DNA of 55,636 nucleotides from Elusimicrobiota bacterium (lineage in GTDB: Bacteria; Elusimicrobiota; Elusimicrobia; UBA1565), in the NCBI GenBank assembly GCA_043827405.1, contig JBDRPD010000008.1:1-55636 (forward strand). Reading direction: 5' to 3'. Below the pieces are notes generated by a model, which worked only from the letters and a program-made list of their open reading frames with translations, did no database searches and had not been told where the DNA came from. This document shows positions 20,724 through 31,535 of this stretch, piece after piece (the stretch's first letter is position 1; each line of letters opens with the position of its first letter). The translations under genes and the position numbers were made by a program.

Positions 20724-21167
20724 TTAGTGCTTTAGATGGTAAGGCGTCTTTTTGATGATGGTCCAGGCGCGGTAGAGCTGCTCGCAGGCCACCACGGCGG
20801 CCAGCTCATGCGGCAGCGTCATCGGCCCGAAGGACAGCAGCAAGGACGGCTTAAGCTCCGCCACCTGCTCGGGCGACAGGCCGTCCGCCCCGCCGATCAC
20901 GATCTCCAGATCGCGCCCGCTCTGCAGCTGCTGGGCCAAAGCCCCCGCGATCTCCTCGGAGGACAGACGTTTGGAGTTCCTGCCGCGATCACAGACCCAA
21001 ACGTTCGCGCCCTCCTGGGGCCGGCCGCCGGCGACCGCGCAGGGGCTGCTGTAGCGCGAGATTCTGGCCATGTAATCCGCGACCAGCGAATGCATGCTCT
21101 CCTGCTTAAAGGCGCGCCGCGCGGGAGCGCCGCGCTTATGCCAAGCCAGCCGAATGGTCGTCTTCAT
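20724..21167 (-). CDS. rlmH: 23S rRNA (pseudouridine1915-N3)-methyltransferase
   Basis: IGGADGL, LSFGPMTLPHELA, EQLYRA...PYH. Confidence 0.93.
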   Translation of the reverse strand: MKTTIRLAWHKRGAPARRAFKQESMHSLVADYMARISRYSSPCAVAGGRPQEGANVWVCDRGRNSKRLSSEEIAGALAQQLQSGRDLEIVIGGADGLSPEQVAELKPSLLLSFGPMTLPHELAAVVACEQLYRAWTIIKKTPYHLKH

Positions 21168-21173
21168 AGAATT

Positions 21174-21181
21174 AGTATACT
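21174..21181. promoter_or_regulatory. Bidirectional -10 box for two divergent leaderless genes
   Basis: Palindrome AGTATACT gives TATACT on both strands, 7 nt before ATG 21189 (+) and 6 nt before ATG 21167 (-). Confidence 0.6.
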
Positions 21182-21188
21182 CGCGTTG

Positions 21189-22361
21189 ATGCGCGGGCTC
21201 AACAAGTTCACCGTCTTGGACTTCAGCAAGCTCCTCCCCGGCCCCTTCTGCACCATGCTGCTGGCGGATCTGGGCTGCCGCGTCATCAGAGTCGAGCTGC
21301 CCCATTGGCCCGACATGCTGCGCGGCGTCGCCCCCCATATCGAAGGCCACGGCTTCGCCTATTGGATGGCCAACCGCAACAAGGAGTCCTTGTGCCTGGA
21401 TTTTCGCCGGCCCGCGGGCCTGCAGGTCCTGATGCAGCTGCTGGCCAAGAGCGATGCCCTGGTCGAGGGCTATCGGCCCGGGATGATGGAAAAGCTGGGC
21501 CTCGGTCCCAAAACGCTGCGCCGGAAGTTCCCCCGTCTCGTCTACTGTTCATTGACCGGCTACGGGCGCCGCGGTCCTCTGAGCCGGCGGGCGGGACATG
21601 ACATCAATTTCCTGGCGGAAAGCGGGTTCATGGGTGCCGGGGACTCTAATAAGACCTGCTCCTTTCCCCAGACGCAGATCGCCGATCTATGCGCCAGCCA
21701 GGCGGCTTCCACCGCGATCCTGGCGGCGCTCCTGGACCGCGTGACGAGCGGCCGAGGCCAGCACATCGATATTTCCATGACGGAAGCGATCTTCTCCTGG
21801 CTCGTCCTGCCGCTGGGGCATAGCGCGGCGCTGCGGCGGCCCTACGATATCCGGGGCCCGCAATGGTGGAGCGGCAATGCCGCCTTCTACCGCCTCTACG
21901 ATACCCAGGACGGCCGCGCGGTCTGCGTCGCGGCGGTGGAGCGCCCGTTCGCCGAGGCGCTGCTGCGCGAGCTGGGCCGTCCGGACCTGATCGCCAGGCT
22001 CCCCAAGCTTGACGGCAGCGGCGGGGCCGCGCTGACGCGCACCTTGGCGCGCATATTCCGCTCCCGAACCCTCCGGCAGTGGGAGGCCCGGCTGCGCGGC
22101 AAAGATGTCTGCGTAACGCCGGTCCGCACGGTCGAGGAAGCCAGGCGCCTGTTCATGCGCCCGCCCGCCCCCGGCGCGGCGCCGCTCGTCCGCGGCAAGG
22201 CAGTGCGCAGCCCGATCCGGCTCGCCCGCGAAGACTGCCGGATGCGCCGCCGCCCGCCGCGCCTGGGAGCGGACAATGAAGCGGTGCTGAAGTCTTTCCG
22301 GATTCCGCGCCGGACGATAAAACAGCTGGAGACCTCCGGTCTGCTGGTGAAGAAGCGATGA
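21189..22361 (+). CDS. CaiB/BaiF family III CoA-transferase
   Basis: VLDFSKLLPGP, LADLG, NRNKES, EGYRPG, GHDINF, IADL. Confidence 0.93.
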   Translation: MRGLNKFTVLDFSKLLPGPFCTMLLADLGCRVIRVELPHWPDMLRGVAPHIEGHGFAYWMANRNKESLCLDFRRPAGLQVLMQLLAKSDALVEGYRPGMMEKLGLGPKTLRRKFPRLVYCSLTGYGRRGPLSRRAGHDINFLAESGFMGAGDSNKTCSFPQTQIADLCASQAASTAILAALLDRVTSGRGQHIDISMTEAIFSWLVLPLGHSAALRRPYDIRGPQWWSGNAAFYRLYDTQDGRAVCVAAVERPFAEALLRELGRPDLIARLPKLDGSGGAALTRTLARIFRSRTLRQWEARLRGKDVCVTPVRTVEEARRLFMRPPAPGAAPLVRGKAVRSPIRLAREDCRMRRRPPRLGADNEAVLKSFRIPRRTIKQLETSGLLVKKR

Positions 22362-22771
22362 TATTCTGGCGGCGCAAAGACCGCAGGAAGAAGGTCCTGA
22401 TCGTCGATGACGACGCGAATATACGCGGCATGCTGGCGATGCTTTTCGCCGAGCAGGATATACGAATCCTGGAGGCCGCGCGCGGCGACGAAGCGGTCAA
22501 GCTGGCGCAGGAAGAGCTGCCGGCGCTCATCGTCCTGGACATCAACCTTCCCGGCATGACGGGATTGGACGCCCTGACGCTGCTGCGCGCGGGCGAGAAA
22601 ACCCGGGATATCCCCATTATCATGTGCACCGCCCATGACACGCTCGACGCGGTCGAACGCTGCCTGCAGGCGGGAGCCAACGATTATATCCAGAAGCCTT
22701 TCGATCTGCAGCATGTGCTGGCCAAGGTCCGGCCGTTTCTCGGCGGACGACAGCAGCAGGAGGAATCATGA
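22358..22771 (+). CDS. Single-domain response regulator
   Basis: VLIVDDD, LDINLPGMTG, CTA, KPF. Confidence 0.93.
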   Translation: MIFWRRKDRRKKVLIVDDDANIRGMLAMLFAEQDIRILEAARGDEAVKLAQEELPALIVLDINLPGMTGLDALTLLRAGEKTRDIPIIMCTAHDTLDAVERCLQAGANDYIQKPFDLQHVLAKVRPFLGGRQQQEES

Positions 22772-23202
22772 GCCGCGTAAACGTGAAGAAAACCATCAAG
22801 GCGCCGGCGGACAAGGTCTGGCAGGTGCTGCGCGCCTTCGGGAATCTTGAAGCATTCATCCCGGCGGTGAACAAGACCGTCCTGGAAGGCGAGGGGGTAG
22901 GCATGAAGCGCGTCTGCACCATGGCCAACGGCAACCGCATCGTCGAGCGTCTGGAAAGCCTCGACGACGAGAAGCGCGTTTTGCGCTATTCGGTCCTGGA
23001 AACCCAGGCCCCGATCAGCGGCTACGTCGCCGATATGTTCATCCGCGACGCCGGGGAGGGCGCGACCGAGATCGAATGGACCTCCGAGTTCGCCGCGCCG
23101 GAAGAGACCCGCGCCGAATCCGAGCGCCAGATCGCCGGCTTATACTCGATGTCGATTCGCGGCCTCGAGCGTCTGTGCCGCGAAAAAAAGCCGGAGGCCT
23201 AA
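22768..23202 (+). CDS. SRPBCC (polyketide cyclase 2) family protein
   Basis: IKAPADKVWQVL...GVGMKR...ERLESLD...TEIEW. Confidence 0.88.
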   Translation: MSRVNVKKTIKAPADKVWQVLRAFGNLEAFIPAVNKTVLEGEGVGMKRVCTMANGNRIVERLESLDDEKRVLRYSVLETQAPISGYVADMFIRDAGEGATEIEWTSEFAAPEETRAESERQIAGLYSMSIRGLERLCREKKPEA

Positions 23203-23215
23203 GGCCTCCGGCTTT
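23187..23215. terminator. Bidirectional terminator hairpin between convergent genes
   Basis: AAAGCCGGAGGCCT-A-AGGCCTCCGGCTTT. Confidence 0.7.
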
Positions 23216-23233
23216 ATCAGCGGCTGAACTCTT

Positions 23234-23950
23234 TTACTCTACGACGGGCTTGATGACGAGATAGCCCTCGTCGTCGATGCCGAGCGAGACCTTGCGCTCG
23301 CCGACCTCTTTGACGCGCTCACGCGGGAAGAAGTCCACCGACTCCGCCCGGACATCGTGGAACACCACGCCGCTCTGCGTCTTCTGCAGGAAGCTGAAGG
23401 TGCGCATCCCGGCGCCGACCCACAGGTCGACCCGGAATACGAAGCGCCAATCCGGCCCTATGGACGGGACGGGAACGGCCGCGTTCCATACCGCGTACTT
23501 CATCCACTGCACGGAGAACGCCGCGACCAGGCCCTCCTTGGTCGTGAAGACCAAGGCCTCATCGCCGTCCGCCATGTCGACGAGCGACACCTTGAAGGTC
23601 GCGCCTTCGATCTCATCCTCATAGCCGCCCGTCTTGCGCAGGGCGCGGAACGGATAGGACGCCACCATATCGAACTTCTTGCGGCCCTCGGGGATGAGCG
23701 CCGCGGCCCAATTACCGTCCCGCATCGGCTGCACGGAAACATGATAATTCTTGCCGCCCAGCGGAACGATCGCCTGGGTAAGCCGGAAGGTCTCGAAGAC
23801 TTCGATGAGCTTGATCTTGGTCTCGGCCGGCTGCTGGCCGACGGTATTCGTAATGCGGAGCTTCTGCGCGGACGCGGGGATCTGGAAGCTTCCGGCGGCC
23901 TGCACGTTCACGGCCATGCTCAGCGCTGCGGCGGCAAAAAGATATTTCAT
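23234..23950 (-). CDS. Hypothetical secreted protein
   Basis: MKYLFAAAALSMAVNVQA signal peptide; GAGG SD; typical codon bias. Confidence 0.75.
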   Translation of the reverse strand: MKYLFAAAALSMAVNVQAAGSFQIPASAQKLRITNTVGQQPAETKIKLIEVFETFRLTQAIVPLGGKNYHVSVQPMRDGNWAAALIPEGRKKFDMVASYPFRALRKTGGYEDEIEGATFKVSLVDMADGDEALVFTTKEGLVAAFSVQWMKYAVWNAAVPVPSIGPDWRFVFRVDLWVGAGMRTFSFLQKTQSGVVFHDVRAESVDFFPRERVKEVGERKVSLGIDDEGYLVIKPVVE

Positions 23951-24065
23951 TAAAACCTCTTTTTTACGGCGGACCTTATCGTTGGATAACAGTATATAGA
24001 CCAAGGGGGTCAAAGACCTAGCGGCCTTTGACCCCCCCGCGCCTGGGCCGATAGTCCCAGGTTGT

Positions 24066-25403
24066 TTAGAGCTTAAGCGATTCCTCCAGCACCTCAACCG
24101 TCAAGTCCGCGTCCTTCTTGGTAAAGCACATCGGCGGCTTGATGCGGATGGTATTGCCGGCCATCCCCCCCTTGCCGAGGATCACGCCTCGATCCTTCGC
24201 CCGCTCGATTACCTCAAGCAGCTCCGCCGCCGCCGGCTCCTTGGTCTTGCGGTCCTTTACCAGCTCGACGCCGAGCATGAGACCCATGCCCCGCACGTCG
24301 CCGATCAGCGGACACTTGTCCATCAGGGCCGTCAGTTTGTCCTTAAGGTAGTTTCCCGTCTCGTGCGAGTTCTCGGCGAGCTTCTCCTTTTCAATGACGT
24401 CGAGCACGGCGAGGCCCGCCGCCATCGCCACCGGGCTGCCGCCGAAGGTGTTGAAATGAATGCGCCCCTGCATCGCCGCGGCGATCTTCTTGGTGGTGAT
24501 GACCGCGCCGAGCGGATAGCCGTTGCCGAGCCCCTTGGCCATGGTCACGATGTCGGGCTTGACGCCCCAATGCTCGATGCCGAGGAACTTATTGCCCGTG
24601 CGTCCCATCCCGGTCTGAACCTCATCCGTGATGTAGAGCCCGTCGGCCTCCTTGACCGCCGCATAGACGCCGGGAAAGAACTCCGGCTCGGGCGTGATGG
24701 TGCCGCCGAAGCCCGAGATCGGCTCGCCGATGAAGGCGGCGATCTTGCCCATGGTCGAGTACTTGATGGTCTCGCGCAGTTCATGGACGCAGGACTCGGC
24801 GTACTGCTTGGGCGTCATGCCCTCAGGCCGCCGGTAGGTATAGTTTTGCGGCGCATGATAGACGCCGAAGGCGTAGGGCGTGGAATGGCGCCACACCGAC
24901 TGCCCCGTGAGGTTCATCGCCATCTGCGTCCGCCCATGGAAGGAGTGGCGCAGGGCGATGAACTCATGGCGGCCGGTGTAGTTCTTGGCGATAATGGTCG
25001 CCAGCTCGGTGGCCTCGCAGCCGGCATTGGTGAAGAAGCAGACCTCCAGGTCCGGGTTCGCGGGCTTGAGCTTCTCGACCAGGCGCTCGGCCATCTTGAC
25101 CAGATGCGGCTGCAGATAGATCGTGGTGGTGTGAAACAGCTTCGCCGCCTGATCCTGGATGGCCTTCACCCAGGTCGGATGGCAATGCCCGATCGACACC
25201 GTGCATACGCCGGCGAAGCAGTCCAGATACTTCTTCCCCTTCTCATCGTAGAGGTACTGCATTTCGCCCCGCACCAGCTGAATGGGCTTTTTGTAATAGG
25301 TTACCGTCGAAGGCAGGATATACTTCGCCCGCTTCGCCAGGATCTCCTCGTTGTCCATCTCGCCGATAAGACTGCTGATATCCGTCACCGCTGTCTGCGC
25401 CAT
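24066..25403 (-). CDS. Class III aminotransferase, AGXT2/beta-alanine aminotransferase-like
   Basis: YLDCFAG, FHGRT, DEVQTG, MAKGLGNG, NTFGG; context in pyrimidine catabolism operon. Confidence 0.92.
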   Translation of the reverse strand: MAQTAVTDISSLIGEMDNEEILAKRAKYILPSTVTYYKKPIQLVRGEMQYLYDEKGKKYLDCFAGVCTVSIGHCHPTWVKAIQDQAAKLFHTTTIYLQPHLVKMAERLVEKLKPANPDLEVCFFTNAGCEATELATIIAKNYTGRHEFIALRHSFHGRTQMAMNLTGQSVWRHSTPYAFGVYHAPQNYTYRRPEGMTPKQYAESCVHELRETIKYSTMGKIAAFIGEPISGFGGTITPEPEFFPGVYAAVKEADGLYITDEVQTGMGRTGNKFLGIEHWGVKPDIVTMAKGLGNGYPLGAVITTKKIAAAMQGRIHFNTFGGSPVAMAAGLAVLDVIEKEKLAENSHETGNYLKDKLTALMDKCPLIGDVRGMGLMLGVELVKDRKTKEPAAAELLEVIERAKDRGVILGKGGMAGNTIRIKPPMCFTKKDADLTVEVLEESLKL

Positions 25404-25441
25404 ATTATCCCCCCTTCCGGTACACCTTCCGGCACACATTC

Positions 25442-25520
25442 CGGTACCGGTTATTAACATTAACTTTCCCCATATGGTCGTGCTATCTCGGCGAAAAGTT
25501 AATGTTAATAACCGGTACCG
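25442..25520. repeat. 26-bp perfect inverted-repeat element, copy 2 (REPIN/MITE-like)
   Basis: CGGTACCGGTTATTAACATTAACTTT (25442-25467) and exact reverse complement (25495-25520), 27-bp spacer. Confidence 0.88.
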
Positions 25521-25530
25521 TTGTTCATTG

Positions 25531-27039
25531 TTAATAAATGCTGGATTCCCGCTTGCGTCCGGTATAGTCCAGAAACACCGTCTTGGACTCGCTGAAGAAG
25601 TGCAGGCCTTCCTTCGCCATCTCCTTCTCGCCCACGCCCGACCCCTTGACCCCGCCGAAGGGCACCTGCGCCTCGCCGCCGATTGTCGGCGAATTGATAT
25701 GCACCATGCCCGTCTCGATCTCGTCGGTAAAGCGCATCGCCACCGAAATATCGTTGGTGTAGATCGCGCAGGTGAGGCCGAAGCGGCAGTCATTGGCGGC
25801 GCGGATCATCTCGTCGTAGTTCTTGACCCGGGTTACGGCCAGGACCGGTCCGAAAACCTCCTCCTGGAAGATCCGCATCGACGGCTTGACCTGGTCGAAT
25901 ATGGTCGGCTCAACAAAGAAGCCGTGCTTAAGCTCCCCCTTGTCGAGCCGGTGTCCGCCGCAAACCAGCTTCGCCCCGTCCTTTTTCGCGATCTCGATGT
26001 ATTCCAGGTTGGTCTTGAACTGGCCCTCATCGACGGCCGGGCCCATCCCGATGCCGGCCTTGAGCCCGGGACCGATCTTGAGCGCCTTGGCTTGCGCGAT
26101 CAGCTTCTTCAGGAAGGAGTCCGCGATCTTTTCGTGCAGGAGGAGCCGGCTGGTCGCCGTACAGCGCTGACCGGTGGAGCCGAACGCACCCTTGACCACC
26201 CCGGCCATGGCGAGATCCATATCGGCGTCGTGCCAAACGACGCAGGGGTTCTTGCCCCCCATCTCGCAGGTCGCCTTGATGCCCCGGCGGCCGGCGATCG
26301 CATGCACGCCTTGGCCGACCTCGTTGGAGCCGGTAAAAGAAACACCGCGGACGCGCTCGTCCTCGACGAGCATGTCGCCGATCTCGGAGCCGGCGCCCAT
26401 GACGAGGTTGATGACCCCGGCGGGCACCCCCGCCTGCTCGAAGAGCTTGACGATCTCTACGGAAAACGCCGGGACCAAAGACGCCGGCTTAAAGACCACC
26501 GTATTGCCCGCCACCAGGGCCGGAGCGATCTTCCAGCAGGGGATGGCCCACGGGAAGTTCCAGGGCGTGATAATGCTCACGACGCCGAGCGGCTCACGCA
26601 GGGTATAGAGCAGGTTCTTCGGCAGCTCGGAAGGCGCGGTGCGTCCCATAAAGCGCATGCCTTCGCCCGAGAACCACTCGATAAGGTTCAACCCCTTGAT
26701 CATCTCGCCTTTGGCTTCGGGAAGGATCTTCCCCTGCTCGCGGGTCATGAGCGCCGCCAGCTCATCGACGCGCGGGTAGGCGAGCTCGGCGAACTTGAGC
26801 AGCACCCGCGCCCGCGCGGGCGCCGGCGTCGCCTTCCACTGTGCCCGCGCCTGCGCCGCCGCGTCGAGCGCGGCCTGCGCGTCGGACTTGGACGCCCCAT
26901 GCAGCCTGGCCACGACTTCGCGCGTGTCCGCGGGGTTCGTCGAGACGATCTCGCGGCTGCTCGATCCCTTGATCCATTTCCCGCCGATAAACTGCTTGAG
27001 CACCGCGGTTGAACTTTTGCTCTTGGTCAGAGTCGCCAT
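25531..27039 (-). CDS. Aldehyde dehydrogenase
   Basis: ITPWNFP, FTGS, EMGGKN, GQRCTA, EEVFGP, PFGG. Confidence 0.96.
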   Translation of the reverse strand: MATLTKSKSSTAVLKQFIGGKWIKGSSSREIVSTNPADTREVVARLHGASKSDAQAALDAAAQARAQWKATPAPARARVLLKFAELAYPRVDELAALMTREQGKILPEAKGEMIKGLNLIEWFSGEGMRFMGRTAPSELPKNLLYTLREPLGVVSIITPWNFPWAIPCWKIAPALVAGNTVVFKPASLVPAFSVEIVKLFEQAGVPAGVINLVMGAGSEIGDMLVEDERVRGVSFTGSNEVGQGVHAIAGRRGIKATCEMGGKNPCVVWHDADMDLAMAGVVKGAFGSTGQRCTATSRLLLHEKIADSFLKKLIAQAKALKIGPGLKAGIGMGPAVDEGQFKTNLEYIEIAKKDGAKLVCGGHRLDKGELKHGFFVEPTIFDQVKPSMRIFQEEVFGPVLAVTRVKNYDEMIRAANDCRFGLTCAIYTNDISVAMRFTDEIETGMVHINSPTIGGEAQVPFGGVKGSGVGEKEMAKEGLHFFSESKTVFLDYTGRKRESSIY

Positions 27040-27056
27040 AATCTATATCCCTCGCT

Positions 27057-27824
27057 CTAAAAGTCTTCGTCGTCGCTGCGCGCCAGTCGGAGCTCGACCT
27101 CCAGGATGCCGCGTTCCGTCGAGACGTCTCCGTCGATTTTCCGCAGGCTCTGGAGCCGGAAATCGATCTTACGGCCCAGGCCGGCGGAGTCGCTGCCCGC
27201 CGGCAGGCGCCGGCGCACCTCGGCCGCTCTGTTCTGCGCATTCTGCAGCTCCGCATAAAAAGCCGAGGCGCAAGCCAGCACCTGCTGCTGCTCCGCATTG
27301 AGCGCCGGCGGTTCTTTCAGCCGCAAGCGCCCAAGCGCCTGCTTAAGAAACTTTTCGGCCCGCCGCAGATCGAGCTTCCGGTCGCCGCTGCGGTACATTC
27401 GCCCGACTCCGGCGATCTCCTCCGGGGGCGAACTAGCGAGCCGGAGATTCGCCAGGCGCGAACTCTTGCTGAATTCTCTCGCTCGAATGGGAAGCATCTG
27501 CGCGGCGATCAGCAGGCTGTCGACGTCCTCTTCCAGCGTGCCCGGCCGCGGGTTATCGGACACGCCGATTGTGTTGCGGATATCCTCCAGCAGCCCATCG
27601 ATCTGGGTGCGGGCATAGCCCATCAGCCCGCGCAGCCGGTGCGCGCTGGCGAGGGCATCCTTCCCGCTCTGGGCCAGAGCGTTGTCCAGATTCGCCTCGC
27701 TGACCTTCTCCATATGCTCGAGCAAATAGGGGTCCTTGATCTCTTCCCGTTTGGAATTCGCGTCGCCGGCATCCGCTTGCAGGGGCAGCGCCCAGGCCAG
27801 AATAAGCAGGAGCTTCATAATCAT
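27057..27824 (-). CDS. Hypothetical secreted helical protein
   Basis: Signal peptide MKLLLILAWALPLQA; ATGA overlap with upstream gene. Confidence 0.7.
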   Translation of the reverse strand: MIMKLLLILAWALPLQADAGDANSKREEIKDPYLLEHMEKVSEANLDNALAQSGKDALASAHRLRGLMGYARTQIDGLLEDIRNTIGVSDNPRPGTLEEDVDSLLIAAQMLPIRAREFSKSSRLANLRLASSPPEEIAGVGRMYRSGDRKLDLRRAEKFLKQALGRLRLKEPPALNAEQQQVLACASAFYAELQNAQNRAAEVRRRLPAGSDSAGLGRKIDFRLQSLRKIDGDVSTERGILEVELRLARSDDEDF

Positions 27825-28597
27825 TTCCTACCGGACGGGGTGTCGGTCTTGCCACCCATTATATAGTTATTTAGCCGGAAATGGATCGTCAACCGCTCGA
27901 TCTCCGCGGCGAGATCCGCGGCGTCATTTTCGAGCAGCTCGACGTCATGCAGCACAAGACTGCGGCCCTTGCGATGCCTCCCCAGCGTGTCCTGCTTGAC
28001 CGCCGGCAGAGAGCCGCTGATGCTCCCCCGCGTCCGCCGCAGATCGTCCAGGATGTCCCGCGCCAAGCCCAGCACCCGGCGCTGCGAGGGCTTCAGCTCG
28101 GAGACCCCGAGCCGCCGCTCCAGCTCCTGCAGCGCCGTGCGGCCGCGGATCAGCGCCGAGCGGCTGGCATCGGCGTCGTACTCGGCGCGCAGGCGCAGGA
28201 TTTCCGCGATCTGCTGCGCCGGCCTGGTCGGGAGGTCGCGGGACGCCCGCAGCACGCGGCGCGAACCGGCGATCTCTGCGCGCACCGCCGCGATAGGATC
28301 GGTGGCGGCCGCGGCCTGCTGCGTGATTTCCCGATAGCGCCGGAGCATATCCGAGAACCGGTCATAGTGCGCGGCGGCCGCGGCCTTATGCTCCTTGAGC
28401 CCCCAGCGGTTGAAGCTCCACTGCAGGCGCATAAGCGACGCCTGCGCCGAGCACATCAGCAGGTGGGAATAGGTCTCAGCCGACCGCACATCCTGTTGGG
28501 CGCCGTACAGGATATCGGTCGTCTTCGCGCCGGCGTCCGCCGCGGCGCCGGCGGACGCCGCGCCCAGCAGGACGACGCCGAGCAGCAAGCCCCGCAT
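27821..28597 (-). CDS. Hypothetical secreted helical protein
   Basis: Signal peptide MRGLLLGVVLLGAASAGA; TGATG overlap with hydA stop. Confidence 0.7.
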   Translation of the reverse strand: MRGLLLGVVLLGAASAGAAADAGAKTTDILYGAQQDVRSAETYSHLLMCSAQASLMRLQWSFNRWGLKEHKAAAAAHYDRFSDMLRRYREITQQAAAATDPIAAVRAEIAGSRRVLRASRDLPTRPAQQIAEILRLRAEYDADASRSALIRGRTALQELERRLGVSELKPSQRRVLGLARDILDDLRRTRGSISGSLPAVKQDTLGRHRKGRSLVLHDVELLENDAADLAAEIERLTIHFRLNNYIMGGKTDTPSGRK

Positions 28598-29987
28598 CAG
28601 CACATGCGTGGGGCGCGCTTGAGGAACCGCCCGTCGCCGAGCCGGCCGACGAATTTTCCGTTATCCACCATCCGCTTCCCGCGCAGAAACACGTCCTGGA
28701 TGGAGCCCTTGACCGTCCGGCCTTCGTAGGGGTTGTAATCCACCTTCATATGCAGCTTTTTGTACCCGATGCGGAAGGGCTTCTTCGGGTTGATGATCGC
28801 GATGTCCGCGTCGGCGCCCGGCGCGATCGTCCCCTTCTGCGGATACAGCCCGAAGAGCTTGGCGGGGGTGGTCGCGGTGATGTCGACAAAGCGGTTGGCC
28901 GTGATCCGCCCTTCGGCGACCGCGTCCCACAGCAGCATCATCCGCGTCTCAAGCCCGGGCGCGCCGTTGGGGATCTTGGCGAAGCTCTTGCGGCCCAGCT
29001 CCTTGCCCGGGGACTTCTTGCTGCCCTTCATATTGAACGAGCAATGGTCGGTCGACACGATCTGCAGCCAGTTCTGCCGCACCCCGTCCCACAGACGTTC
29101 CTGGTTGCCCTTCGGCCGCAGCGGCGGCGACATGACGAATTTGGCGCCCTCGAAGCCGGGCCGGCAGTAGTCGTCGTGCGACAGATAGAGGTACTGCGGG
29201 CAGGTCTCGGCGTATATCTCGGAGCCGCGCTCGCGAGCCCGGCGCACCTCATCCATCGCGTCGCCCGCGGTCAGATGAACGATGTACATCGGCGCCCCGG
29301 CCATCTCCGCCAGCTTGATCGAGCGGTAGGTGGACTCGACCTCCGCCGCGATCGGCCGGCTCAAGGCATGATGCCGCGGCGCCGTTTTGCCCTTGGCGAG
29401 CGAGTCCGCCACGATGAGATCGATGACGCTGCCGTTTTCGGCATGCATCATGATCATGCCGCCGTTCTCCCTGGTGCGCAGCAGCGCCTTGAAGATCGTA
29501 TTATCGTCGGTCAGGAAGATCCCCGGGTAGGCGAGAAACAGCTTGAAGGTGGTCACGCCGTCGCGCACCAGAGAGTCCATCTCCTTGAGCTGCTGCTGCT
29601 GCAGGTCGCTGATGATCATATGGAAGCCGTAGTCCGCCGCGCACTTGCCGTCCGCCTTCCCGTGCCAGGTCTCGAGCGCTTTGTAGAGCGAGTCGCCCTT
29701 GCCCTGAATCGCGAAATCGATGATCGAGGTGGTCCCGCCGCATACCGCGCCCGTGGTGCCGCTGGCGAAGTCGTCGGCCGTGGTGGCGCCCATGAAGGGC
29801 ATATCCAGATGGGTGTGCACGTCGACGCCGCCGGGGATGACGATCCGCCCTTTTGCGTCCACCGTTTTCTTCCCTCCGGTTAGGGTGGTCGCGACGGCGG
29901 TGATCTTGCCGCCGCTTATCCCGATATCCGCGCGGTAGGTCTCCGCCGCCGTTATGATCGTTCCGCCTTTGATGATCAGATCGAATT

Positions 29988-29991
<4 letters not shown>
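28597..29991 (-). CDS. hydA: Dihydropyrimidinase/hydantoinase
   Basis: PGGVDVHTH, FKLF, HAENG, VH, SPPLR, STDHC, IPNG. Confidence 0.95.
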
Positions 29992-31472
<1,481 letters not shown>

Positions 31473-31535
31473 GAGGTCTGCCGGCCTGACGTCTGGATGG
31501 GCTCCAGCACGAACATCACGCATCCCCTATAGGCG

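Noticed and set aside
20736..21188. N-terminal extension of the CoA-transferase and similar extended starts in the track (rpsB, cdsA, truB, ribF, nuoB/D/I/K, hydA)
   Set aside because: Extensions overlap neighbouring genes; family motifs begin at the downstream starts used here
11867..25520. CRISPR interpretation of the repeat-spacer-repeat units
   Set aside because: Arms are inverted, not direct; only one spacer per locus; no cas genes in the window
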